64,000 bases of DNA from Varibaculum cambriense (GTDB taxonomy: Bacteria; Actinomycetota; Actinomycetes; Actinomycetales; Actinomycetaceae): contig NZ_JAWGMB010000001.1 of NCBI RefSeq assembly GCF_032557235.1, forward strand, positions 28,930 through 92,929, given 5' to 3'. Each line of letters begins with the position of its first letter. Position 1 is the stretch's first letter. Positions 1-8,399 of this stretch are shown here, piece after piece. Both the position numbers and the translations under genes were made by a program. A model generated the notes under the pieces. The model was not told where the DNA came from and searched no databases. It was given only the letters and a program-made list of their open reading frames with translations.

Positions 1-180
1 CCCGCTTTACTCCTGGCTGCAAACCTAGCTTTATACTCTTAGATTCTGATTATCGGATACAACGGCTATTTAGGCAGGGTGAAGAAATCGAGCCAACCAC
101 AATAGAGAGTTAAGAGCGATTACCTAACCTGATTTAAGGCTATTTTCACTGCTCAAAACGGGAATCACCGGTTCGCCTAG

Positions 181-882
181 CTAACGTAAACCGGTGGCGG
201 TCAGGTAGGCGAGGACGGCTCGCACCCGGCGGTTGGGTTCATCCGGGGTTAAACCCAACTTCATGAACACATTCGCAATATGTTTAGCCACTGATGCGCC
301 GGATAGAAACAGTTTCGCCGCGATTTCCTCATTCGCTAAACCTTGCGCCATCAGCTCTAAAACTTCGTTTTCGCGAGGAGTGAGGCTGGAAAGAGCAGAA
401 CTGCGTTCCCGCACCAACTTAACTGCTACTTCTGGATCTACCACTACCCCGCCACTAGCCACAGTTTTGAGCGCATTCAAAAAATCTGCCACCCGTGAGA
501 CCCGCTCTTTTAACAGGTAACCGGTACCACCCGCATGATTTCCCGGCAGTGAAAACTGTTCGGAACTAAAAAGCTGAGCCGCATAAGCGGGAGCCACATA
601 CTGGCTGAGAACCATGATTCCCAGGTCAGGATATTTTTCCCGAATCTGTACGGCGGCGCGCAAGCCATCGTCACTCATACCTGGAGGCATTCGCACATCG
701 GTTATCAAAATATCGGGAACCTGGTCGCCCTGGTATATCTGATCGACCACTTTTAACAGGGAGGGCGCGTCCTCGGCTTGAGCGATTATTTGATTCCCCA
801 GTCGCTCCAGTAGCCCCGCTAAGCCCTCCCGAATCAAAGTGGCGTCATCAGCCAAGATGATTTTCAAACCCGTCCTCCTCAA
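181..882 (-). CDS. Two-component response regulator, NarL/LuxR family
   Basis: 233-aa ORF. It has a receiver domain (KIILADD, DILITDVRMPPGMSD) and a C-terminal LuxR-type HTH (LTPRENEVLELMAQGLANEEIAAKLFLSGASVAKHIANVFMKLG). The ORF opens with TTG at 882. A GAGGAGG Shine-Dalgarno lies inside the first codons, so the TTG at 867 (LKIILADD) may be the real start. It overlaps the 3' end of the kinase gene, so the two are probably co-transcribed. Confidence 0.9.
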   Translation of the reverse strand: MRRTGLKIILADDATLIREGLAGLLERLGNQIIAQAEDAPSLLKVVDQIYQGDQVPDILITDVRMPPGMSDDGLRAAVQIREKYPDLGIMVLSQYVAPAYAAQLFSSEQFSLPGNHAGGTGYLLKERVSRVADFLNALKTVASGGVVVDPEVAVKLVRERSSALSSLTPRENEVLELMAQGLANEEIAAKLFLSGASVAKHIANVFMKLGLTPDEPNRRVRAVLAYLTATGLR

Positions 883-2254
883 CGCTAGGAATTAAAATCG
901 GAATCTCGGCGCGCACTGTAGTTGGCCCGCCCAGAGGTGAAAGTATCCGCAAGTTTCCCCCGAAAGCCTCTAGGCGTGCCTGCAAACCTGCCAAGCCGTG
1001 TCCCGGAATGATTTTCGCGCCCCCACCCCCATTATCCACTATGGAAATAACCAGAGAAGAACCCGCAACTATCAGCAAAGATGCTTTAGGATTTGCAACA
1101 TGTTTGGCGATATTAGTTAGAGATTCGCACACCAAATAATAGGCGGCAGCAGCGGCTCCAGCCGGTAGAGACGGTAACTCTTCCGGCAGATGCATCTCAA
1201 CTTGCACCGGAGAATCTGCGCACACGTCTCGCACTGCCTCCGCTAGTCCCTTATCGGACAATACTTTCGGATGCACCCCCGCAACTGTGCGTCTGAGCGC
1301 CACTAAGGATCTATCGTTAGCGTCTTGCGCCTGCCGCAGTAAAGAAAGTACTTCCTGTATTTTTGCGCTGAACTGCGGCAAGGAGACTGATTCCTGATTT
1401 ATAGAACCGTCTAAAGACCCGGCAGGTTCCGCAGGAGGCGCGTCCTCGCCCAATACCGCTCCCCCGGATGCTTTCCCCTGTCGGTCTTGACTAGATTCAG
1501 CGTCCTTTAAAGCCGCAGCCTTCGCCAATTCGTGTTCCAGTAGACTAAGAGAAAGTTCCGCCTCTCCAACTTTCATGGAAGCGGCCACTAAGTATTGTTG
1601 TGCCCCATCATGCAGGTCGCGTTCAATCCGGCGGCGTTCAATCTCGAAAGCATCTACGATTTCCCGGCGAGAACGATGTAGCTGCCTGATTTCTTGCTCG
1701 TCCATAGGATTGCCTTGCGCAATCGAATAGATGATTCGCGGGTAAATAGCCGCCGCTAGGCTAAATACCAGCCATAACGCTATGGTCGCGATTAAATCTG
1801 GCGAACCGCCCCCCAGCGATAGCGGCGCTAGCAGCAGCTGGAGGTAGTACTGAAAGAACTGGGTTACCAGGTAAGCTAAAACTACTAGCGCCCAGAAACT
1901 AATAGCATTAACGAACAGGCAAAACAGCAATATGAGGATGTCTCGGCTGGTTTTAGCTGGTTGGGCAAGTTTTCCCTCTCCGGTCAATAAAGAATCATTC
2001 CCGGGGATTGCCCAAAGATGCCAAATGTTCGCGTCCGGTTTACCGAGCATTGCTCCGGCGCGATAACGCACTGTACATGTGTAGTTGGCGAGGGTGATGC
2101 GAGCTTTTTTAGGATGAATCAGCATGATCGCTAAATGCACTAGCAGCGCTAAGAGTTCTACTACGAAATAGGCTGGCCCTAGCAGCAGCGCCATGCGGGG
2201 GGTCACCCGTTTTTTGTCGTTTATTCCCTGGAAAAAGGGATCTATTCGCTGCAT
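848..2254 (-). CDS. Sensor histidine kinase, HisKA_3 class, polytopic membrane N-terminus
   Basis: 468 aa. The first ~180 aa contain several hydrophobic helices. It has a HisKA_3 H-box (ERDLHDGAQQYL) and HATPase_c boxes (ESLTNIAKH, VDNGGGG, GHGLAGLQARLEAFGG). It lies directly upstream of, and overlaps, the LuxR-type regulator. Confidence 0.88.
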   Translation of the reverse strand: MQRIDPFFQGINDKKRVTPRMALLLGPAYFVVELLALLVHLAIMLIHPKKARITLANYTCTVRYRAGAMLGKPDANIWHLWAIPGNDSLLTGEGKLAQPAKTSRDILILLFCLFVNAISFWALVVLAYLVTQFFQYYLQLLLAPLSLGGGSPDLIATIALWLVFSLAAAIYPRIIYSIAQGNPMDEQEIRQLHRSRREIVDAFEIERRRIERDLHDGAQQYLVAASMKVGEAELSLSLLEHELAKAAALKDAESSQDRQGKASGGAVLGEDAPPAEPAGSLDGSINQESVSLPQFSAKIQEVLSLLRQAQDANDRSLVALRRTVAGVHPKVLSDKGLAEAVRDVCADSPVQVEMHLPEELPSLPAGAAAAAYYLVCESLTNIAKHVANPKASLLIVAGSSLVISIVDNGGGGAKIIPGHGLAGLQARLEAFGGNLRILSPLGGPTTVRAEIPILIPSVEEDGFENHLG

Positions 2255-2305
2255 GTTTCTATCCTATTGGCAAGCTAGCGTTCCGACAGAGCGCGCTCAC
2301 TATTA

Positions 2306-2331
2306 TTTAGGTAGAGCTAGCACTACCTAAA
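2306..2331. promoter_or_regulatory. Perfect inverted repeat TTTAGGTAG-N8-CTACCTAAA in the divergent kinase/ABC intergenic region (candidate operator)
   Basis: The 9-bp arms at 2306..2314 and 2323..2331 are exact reverse complements. The repeat sits 52 bp upstream of the kinase start and 54 bp upstream of the ABC operon start. The function is inferred only from position and symmetry. Confidence 0.35.
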
Positions 2332-2384
2332 AACTAGCTCTAAGGTGCTAACCGGAATGAATAGCGCCCGCAACAATAGAGAAT

Positions 2385-3083
2385 ATGGATATATCTACCC
2401 GCGCATTAACTAAAGTTTATGGTTCACGCACCGTTTTAGCGGGGATTGATTTACATATTCCCACTGCCAGCCAGGTAGCATTTACCGGGCCATCCGGGGT
2501 GGGAAAAACTACGCTACTTTACCTACTCAGTGGGATTATTGCGCCCTCTAGTGGCGAGATTTATTTAGGCAGTAGCCGACTTAACGATTACTCCCGGCAA
2601 GATTTACAGGCTCTACGCCGGCAAAAATTTGGTTTTGTTTTCCAATCAGAGCAGCTAGTAGACCAGCTAAGTGTACGGGAAAATGTGGCTTTACCACTGC
2701 TGTTAAAACGGATAGGGCGCGCCGAGGCAATGTCTCGTGCCCAAAGAGAACTGGAAAAACTGGGTTTAGAAACCATTGCTAGTCAAATAAGTGGAAATCT
2801 ATCGGCAGCGTTACGACAAAAAGTAGCTCTGGCGCGCGCCCTAGTTGGCAGACCAGAAATAATTATCACCGACCAGCCGACCGACTGTTTAGATGAGGTA
2901 ACTGCGCAAGAAACCATGCAGGTGCTATCTACTACCGCTCAACAAATGGGAGCCACCCTGCTGGTAACTAGCCTTAATTCACAGGACACTAGCTGGTGCG
3001 AACGCACGATTACTCTACGGGACGGACTGATAGTTTCCGATAGAACCAAAACGGCTTTGCCGGAGAATCCTGGGGAAAACTAA
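2385..3083 (+). CDS. ABC-transporter ATP-binding protein with degenerate catalytic motifs
   Basis: 232 aa. Walker A (GPSGVGKTT) and Q-loop (FVFQSEQL) are present. The signature reads LSAALRQK, Walker B reads IIITDQPT and the H-loop position reads VTSLN. See findings. Confidence 0.85.
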   Translation: MDISTRALTKVYGSRTVLAGIDLHIPTASQVAFTGPSGVGKTTLLYLLSGIIAPSSGEIYLGSSRLNDYSRQDLQALRRQKFGFVFQSEQLVDQLSVRENVALPLLLKRIGRAEAMSRAQRELEKLGLETIASQISGNLSAALRQKVALARALVGRPEIIITDQPTDCLDEVTAQETMQVLSTTAQQMGATLLVTSLNSQDTSWCERTITLRDGLIVSDRTKTALPENPGEN

Positions 3084-4625
3084 ATGCGAACCCTACAACT
3101 TGTTTATAGCTGGTCACGGCGGTTCCATTATCCGAAAACTGCGGAGTTTTTGTCGCTTTTCTCAGCTTGTTTGACTGCTTATAGTATTTGTTTGCTGCTA
3201 GGAGGAATAAAAGCGGCTTTCCATCTGGGAGTCTTTTGTCCCTCGGGAGCAGATTTTCAATGTGCTGGTTCGGTACAAGACTTATTGTCGCTGCGCGCAT
3301 CTGATTTAGGGAACCAATTAGCAGACGTAGTGACCGTACTGTACGGATTAATGTTCACCGCTGCGGTGATTCTGATTATTTTTCCCTTAACTATTTTGTG
3401 GTGGAATCGTTTAACCCTAGATGAACGCAGATTAGCTGAGTTATTAAATACTTTAGGAAAATTAGGGGCACCCTTTCACACCAGGTTGCTGGTATGCGTG
3501 GTATCGATGCTCGTTTATGCGGGGCTGGGGTGGCTTGGGGGAGTAGCGCTCTACTGTGCATCTGTACCGCTATTGGGAAAGCTGAAACTATTAGGAATTC
3601 CTCTAGGCGGATTTAACCTGATCCCGCCGATTAAGGCAGTAATAATAGTTTTCTTAGTATTAGCCCTAGTTCCTCTGTTGAAAGCGCTGAGCTTAACCCG
3701 TAAATACACTGGCATTCCCCGCTACTTACGCTCCCGCAACAGAGTCAGAGAACTGTCAGGGGCAACAATAGGATTAATATTTATCGGTGCCTGCCTGGTC
3801 TCTATTCCGGGGTTAGCGTTTATTCTCCCGCTAACTCCCCTGCTATTAGCGGTATTGATATTCCTATTTTGTTTACTTTTCGCCTGGATTTTTGGAATAT
3901 TTTTACCAGCGAATGCCCTCTCTTTAGCGGTTTGGCCACTAAGTCGCACTCGCCACTTAAGTTTGCTTTTAGCAGTGCGAAATATCCGTCTCCACCCGCA
4001 AAAATACTGGGTATCAATTACCCCGGTACTATCCTTAGCGCTAAGTTATCTGCTAACTTTCATGTTCTTAACTATTTTTCCCTATCTTTGGAAAGGATCT
4101 AGCGAACCCATCCTCCCCGGTTCCAGCGAAAGCGCCGGGGCTTGGCAGTCACTTTTAAGTAACGAGGGCGAGTTTTTTTCACTACTGCAAACCGATATTC
4201 GCAGCGGATGGCTTATTACCGCTGGTTTGGTAGCCGCCCTCACCTGTCTTTGCGTAGCGGTCAGTACCACTGCGGATAATGAGCAAAGCCGAACCCAAAA
4301 AACCCTATTGCTCCAGTTAGGATGCCCGCCACGTACTATTCGAAGAGCAAAATGGTGGGAAATAATCTTGCCCTATATTTTCGGATTCAGCCAGCTAATC
4401 CTGGGGGTAATCCTATTTTTAACCTTGCTGGTAGCAAATGGAGGTTTAGGGGTAAGCGAAGAGCTACGAACAACCCTAAAGATTACCGCCCCGATGGCAG
4501 CCATGTTAGCGGTCAGTGTATTAGTACAGATCGGGACATTTATGGCACTTAACCGGAGCGGCAGGGTAGCCCAGTCTCCTATGCCAGGTAGAGCTAGCTA
4601 TAAGAAAAAATCATTGCCTAAGTGA
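3084..4625 (+). CDS. Polytopic membrane protein, double FtsX-like ABC permease
   Basis: 513 aa. Its ATG abuts the stop of the upstream ATPase (TAAATG). It has many hydrophobic helices. Two FtsX-type juxtamembrane signatures are present (LDERRLAELLNTLGKLGA and EQSRTQKTLLLQLGCPPRTIRR). It has no large extracytoplasmic domain. Confidence 0.7.
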   Translation: MRTLQLVYSWSRRFHYPKTAEFLSLFSACLTAYSICLLLGGIKAAFHLGVFCPSGADFQCAGSVQDLLSLRASDLGNQLADVVTVLYGLMFTAAVILIIFPLTILWWNRLTLDERRLAELLNTLGKLGAPFHTRLLVCVVSMLVYAGLGWLGGVALYCASVPLLGKLKLLGIPLGGFNLIPPIKAVIIVFLVLALVPLLKALSLTRKYTGIPRYLRSRNRVRELSGATIGLIFIGACLVSIPGLAFILPLTPLLLAVLIFLFCLLFAWIFGIFLPANALSLAVWPLSRTRHLSLLLAVRNIRLHPQKYWVSITPVLSLALSYLLTFMFLTIFPYLWKGSSEPILPGSSESAGAWQSLLSNEGEFFSLLQTDIRSGWLITAGLVAALTCLCVAVSTTADNEQSRTQKTLLLQLGCPPRTIRRAKWWEIILPYIFGFSQLILGVILFLTLLVANGGLGVSEELRTTLKITAPMAAMLAVSVLVQIGTFMALNRSGRVAQSPMPGRASYKKKSLPK

Positions 4626-4661
4626 TGGTGAACCGTAAGAAAAGAAAATACCTTCTTAGAT

Positions 4662-5441
4662 ATGAATGGACAAACTAGAGAAAGAGCAGCCATGATTCAA
4701 AATGGAAACTATCCGCAAATGCCGGCCAATAGACGTTCTTTAGTGAGCTTAAAAGATGTTTACAAGATTTATCGGCAAGGAGAAGTAGAAGTCCGCGCCC
4801 TCAACGGGGTGAACGTGGATATTTACTCCGGTCAATTTACTGCCATCGTTGGGCCTTCCGGTTCCGGTAAATCAACTTTGCTGCATTGCCTAGCGGGACT
4901 AGATGCAGTTACCAGCGGAATGGTTACGGTTGCCGGGCAAAACCTGGCCGCTATGGACGACACTAAACTAACCAAATTTCGCCGCGACCATATCGGGTTT
5001 GTATTTCAATCATTCAACCTAATCCCCACTTTAACGGCCGCAGAAAATATCCATCTGCCCGCGCTGCTATCGGGAAAGAAAACTGCTCCTAAGTGGGAAA
5101 AACAGATTATCGAAATCTTGAATTTACAAGACCGCCTAACCCATAAACCGGCAGAATTATCAGGGGGACAACAGCAGCGGGTAGCGGTAGCTCGCGCTCT
5201 GGTAGCCAAACCAGCCCTGCTAGTAGCTGATGAGCCCACGGGAAATCTGGACTCGTCCTCGTCAATGGAAGTGCTAAAACTGCTGCGGGAAGCAGTAGAC
5301 AAGCTGGGACAAACCGTAGTGATGGTAACCCATGATGCTCGCGCCGCCTCGGTAGCTGACCGGGTACTGGTGGTTCGCGACGGGCAAGTAACCCAAGAAC
5401 TTAACCAACCCAGCCGCGAAGAACTGGCACAGGTGATTTAA
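4662..5441 (+). CDS. ABC-transporter ATP-binding protein, MacB/LolD-like, canonical motifs
   Basis: 259 aa with GPSGSGKST, FVFQSFNLIP, LSGGQQQRVAVARAL, LLVADEPTGNLD and VTHD. An alternative start at the second Met (MIQNG) is possible. Confidence 0.92.
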   Translation: MNGQTRERAAMIQNGNYPQMPANRRSLVSLKDVYKIYRQGEVEVRALNGVNVDIYSGQFTAIVGPSGSGKSTLLHCLAGLDAVTSGMVTVAGQNLAAMDDTKLTKFRRDHIGFVFQSFNLIPTLTAAENIHLPALLSGKKTAPKWEKQIIEILNLQDRLTHKPAELSGGQQQRVAVARALVAKPALLVADEPTGNLDSSSSMEVLKLLREAVDKLGQTVVMVTHDARAASVADRVLVVRDGQVTQELNQPSREELAQVI

Positions 5442-8258
5442 ATGTTGTTTTTAACAAAAGCAAACCTGAAAGCGCATAGCCGCCAATATGTAGCAACTGC
5501 CATCGCTATCATTATTTGCTGTGTTTTTATTTGCGGAGCCAGCAGTTTTGCCTCCGTAATGAGTTGGGTGATGGGGGTCGGAGAAACCCAATTCAACCAG
5601 AATACCCAGGTACAGATAACTAACGAGGGCGAACAATACGATACCGACAGCGGTGAGGCCGTTAAAGGTATCGTTGCCTGGGACAAAATCCCCGGTAACG
5701 ACTATGAAGGTATTCTGAAAAAACAAGACGCTATCCGTAACGCTGTCGGTAAAGACCTTGACTTACAGCCGCTTTACTATCCGATGACGGTCACCAGTAT
5801 CAATGAGAAAACTGTTTATTTGTTCGGAACAGGGCTATTACCTGAAGGCTATTATCGCCCTCCCTTAGCTGAGGGACGCTACCCTAGTGGGCAAAATGAA
5901 ATAATTTTGGGCGAAAGTTACCTGGAAAATGGCAAAACTAAAATCGGTGACCGGATTGAACTTAAAGTTGATGAGCTAGTAAACGGGGTATACACCGGGA
6001 AAGAGAAAACCATTCCCGTTACGATTACCGGCACTATTAAACAAGATGCCGCTATGAGAATCGGGAACCTACCGGATGTGTATTACTCTGCCCAGCTAAC
6101 CAAGCAGCTAAGCAGTTACGCAAAAGAATCACCCTCGAAAATACTGGTAAACACCCAGCAAGATCCCAAAGCGGTAGTACAAAAACTCGGTAAATATCTA
6201 AATGACAATAAACTGCTATCCGATGATGGCTGGGTAGTTACCGTAGAGGCGCTACAAAAATCTTCCGATTCCGATTTAGCCAAATCTGTGGCAATACAAG
6301 CTGCTTCCCTAGCTTTCCCACTCCTAGCGGTGCTGGTATGTATTGGTATAGTTTCTGTAACTTTCCAGGTGGTTCTAGCTAGGCGGCGGCGAGAAACCGC
6401 CTTGCTGCGCTGCGTGGGGGCTACCGTTTCTCAAATCAGGCGTTCCGCATTTGCCGAATGCATTATGGTGGGCGTAATCGCTGCGCTTATTGGAACGCTC
6501 TTAGGGTGGACTGCCTCGATTGTGGTGGCAGTAGCAACCGGAATGATTGGATCATTCGCCCAAGCGGTCCAAGTAATCGGTTTCACCCCGGCAGTAGTAT
6601 CGCTCTTAACCGGGATAATAGTGCCTTTGATTGGCGGAATGCGTCCCACCCTGGGACTAGCGAAAATCTTGCCGGTAGCCGCCTTGAACCCCATGGAACT
6701 AAACAAAATGAGCAAGAAGAAGCGCCACATTGCGCGCGGCGTGTTCATGACACTGTTTACCTTGATGGGAGCCGGGTTGTGGACGATTGCATGGCTAAAT
6801 AAGGGGCAGGAAGACGATCAAGCTATGACCATCGCGCTGAGCTGCGCCCTGGGAGGATGCCTATTTATTTTCTTGGCGGCTCTGCTAGCTTGCCGCAGTT
6901 TCCTACCGGCATTCACGGCCGCCCTAACGCGGCCTTTTGCATCCCGCTCTGCAACTTTGAAACTAGCGGGAGAAAACGTAAAACGCGATCCTAATCGCAC
7001 TGGAGCTACCGGAACTGCCCTGGTATTAGGGGTAACCTTAATGGCCACTATTTTGGTAGGTACGCTATCTTTACAAAGCACCATCACTGATGAACTAAAC
7101 CGCCGTTTTTCAGTGGATATGTCACTAGTTGCCGTAGATGAATCCCATCAGATGCCCGAGGAGATAACCAAGAAATTACCGAAGCTGCAGAGCGTAAATA
7201 GGGTTGCTTCCCTGCCCTCTCGGATTATCAAAGAGACTCATGATGAAAACGGTAAACCGGTTCAACTGAACTTAGCGGTTGAACGGGTAGAAGCTTACGA
7301 GGGCGAGAAAGAAGCAACAACCAGCTCGGCTCCGGATAAAGGGGAGGGCGAAACGGGAGACACCTCGGATGCGATTACCACCGATTCCGGCAACCAAAAA
7401 CCCGAAAACCGGTCAGTTTTAGCGGTCGGTTTGCCCGATAACCCCGAGGCAGTATTACGTAACCAGGTTAAGACCCCTCAGAAAGGTACTGCCTGGCTGA
7501 TGACTGCGGACGAGAGGAAACACCCTAAACAGGTAACCTTAACTTTTGCTAGCGGACAGAAGCTGACAGTTGCTTTAAAGTCTCCTCCAGAAGATAATCA
7601 AGCCTTCCCTAGCTCTGCATTAGGCTCCTATCTGGTACTGTCACGAGCTGATTTAGACAGTATTACCCCCAGTGAAACAGGGAAAAATCCGGCAGGCGTA
7701 ATCCTCAAAATTAATATGGAAAAAACGCCTACCGAGATTTTGGAGGACATTCAGGAGCTATCAACCTTGGCTCCGGCAGATTCTGTAGCTGAAACTGGAG
7801 GCGTAATGGCTACGGCTTCCATAAATCTGGTGCTAAAAATACTGATGACCATTCTGCTATCGCTATTAGGGGTATCAGCTCTGGTTTCCCTGGTGGGGGT
7901 CGCGAATACTTTGAGTCTTTCAGTAGTTGATCGCAAACGCGAAAATGCTCTGCTCCGGGCGGTTGGTTTTACTCAAAAACAGATTCGCGCCATGCTGCTG
8001 ACCGAGGGGACGCTAATCGGGTTAGGGGCGCTGATTGTAGGGATTGGGCTGTCGATACTGTTCTCCTGGTTCGTGATGCAATGTATGCCTTTCAGCGGTT
8101 TCATCAGTCCGAAAGACATTCACCTGCAAATCCCGTGGCTCTGGTTAGGGGTAATAATCCTGGTAACCGAAGGGTTCTGTTTCCTAGCCTCGGTGCTGCC
8201 CGGTCGTCAAGCCGCTAAAGCCAGCCCGGTAGCTGCTTTAGCTAGTGCTGACGAGTAA
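5442..8258 (+). CDS. ABC-transporter permease with two FtsX domains and two large extracytoplasmic regions
   Basis: 938 aa, with a TAAATG junction to the ATPase gene. Two FtsX signatures are present (RRRRETALLRCVGATVSQIRR and DRKRENALLRAVGFTQKQIRA). Each follows a long non-hydrophobic segment and precedes three transmembrane helices. Confidence 0.9.
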   Translation: MLFLTKANLKAHSRQYVATAIAIIICCVFICGASSFASVMSWVMGVGETQFNQNTQVQITNEGEQYDTDSGEAVKGIVAWDKIPGNDYEGILKKQDAIRNAVGKDLDLQPLYYPMTVTSINEKTVYLFGTGLLPEGYYRPPLAEGRYPSGQNEIILGESYLENGKTKIGDRIELKVDELVNGVYTGKEKTIPVTITGTIKQDAAMRIGNLPDVYYSAQLTKQLSSYAKESPSKILVNTQQDPKAVVQKLGKYLNDNKLLSDDGWVVTVEALQKSSDSDLAKSVAIQAASLAFPLLAVLVCIGIVSVTFQVVLARRRRETALLRCVGATVSQIRRSAFAECIMVGVIAALIGTLLGWTASIVVAVATGMIGSFAQAVQVIGFTPAVVSLLTGIIVPLIGGMRPTLGLAKILPVAALNPMELNKMSKKKRHIARGVFMTLFTLMGAGLWTIAWLNKGQEDDQAMTIALSCALGGCLFIFLAALLACRSFLPAFTAALTRPFASRSATLKLAGENVKRDPNRTGATGTALVLGVTLMATILVGTLSLQSTITDELNRRFSVDMSLVAVDESHQMPEEITKKLPKLQSVNRVASLPSRIIKETHDENGKPVQLNLAVERVEAYEGEKEATTSSAPDKGEGETGDTSDAITTDSGNQKPENRSVLAVGLPDNPEAVLRNQVKTPQKGTAWLMTADERKHPKQVTLTFASGQKLTVALKSPPEDNQAFPSSALGSYLVLSRADLDSITPSETGKNPAGVILKINMEKTPTEILEDIQELSTLAPADSVAETGGVMATASINLVLKILMTILLSLLGVSALVSLVGVANTLSLSVVDRKRENALLRAVGFTQKQIRAMLLTEGTLIGLGALIVGIGLSILFSWFVMQCMPFSGFISPKDIHLQIPWLWLGVIILVTEGFCFLASVLPGRQAAKASPVAALASADE

Positions 8259-8294
8259 ACTCCAGCAGCTAGGTCAATAGCCCGATTGCACTTT

Positions 8295-8323
8295 GGGGGG
8301 GCGCTGCCTGGCAGCGCCCCCCC
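8295..8323. terminator. GC-rich hairpin between convergent genes (bidirectional intrinsic terminator candidate)
   Basis: GGGGGGGCGCTGC / GCAGCGCCCCCCC form 13-bp perfect arms. The hairpin is flanked by TTT upstream and AATAAA downstream. It lies between the permease stop (8258) and the convergent gene ending at 8400. Confidence 0.7.
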
Positions 8324-8399
8324 AATAAAGTATCATCAGCTCAAATAGCGTTTAGAGGCTAAGATCGTCGGAAAAAAATAAGTGCCGATTAGAAGCTAG

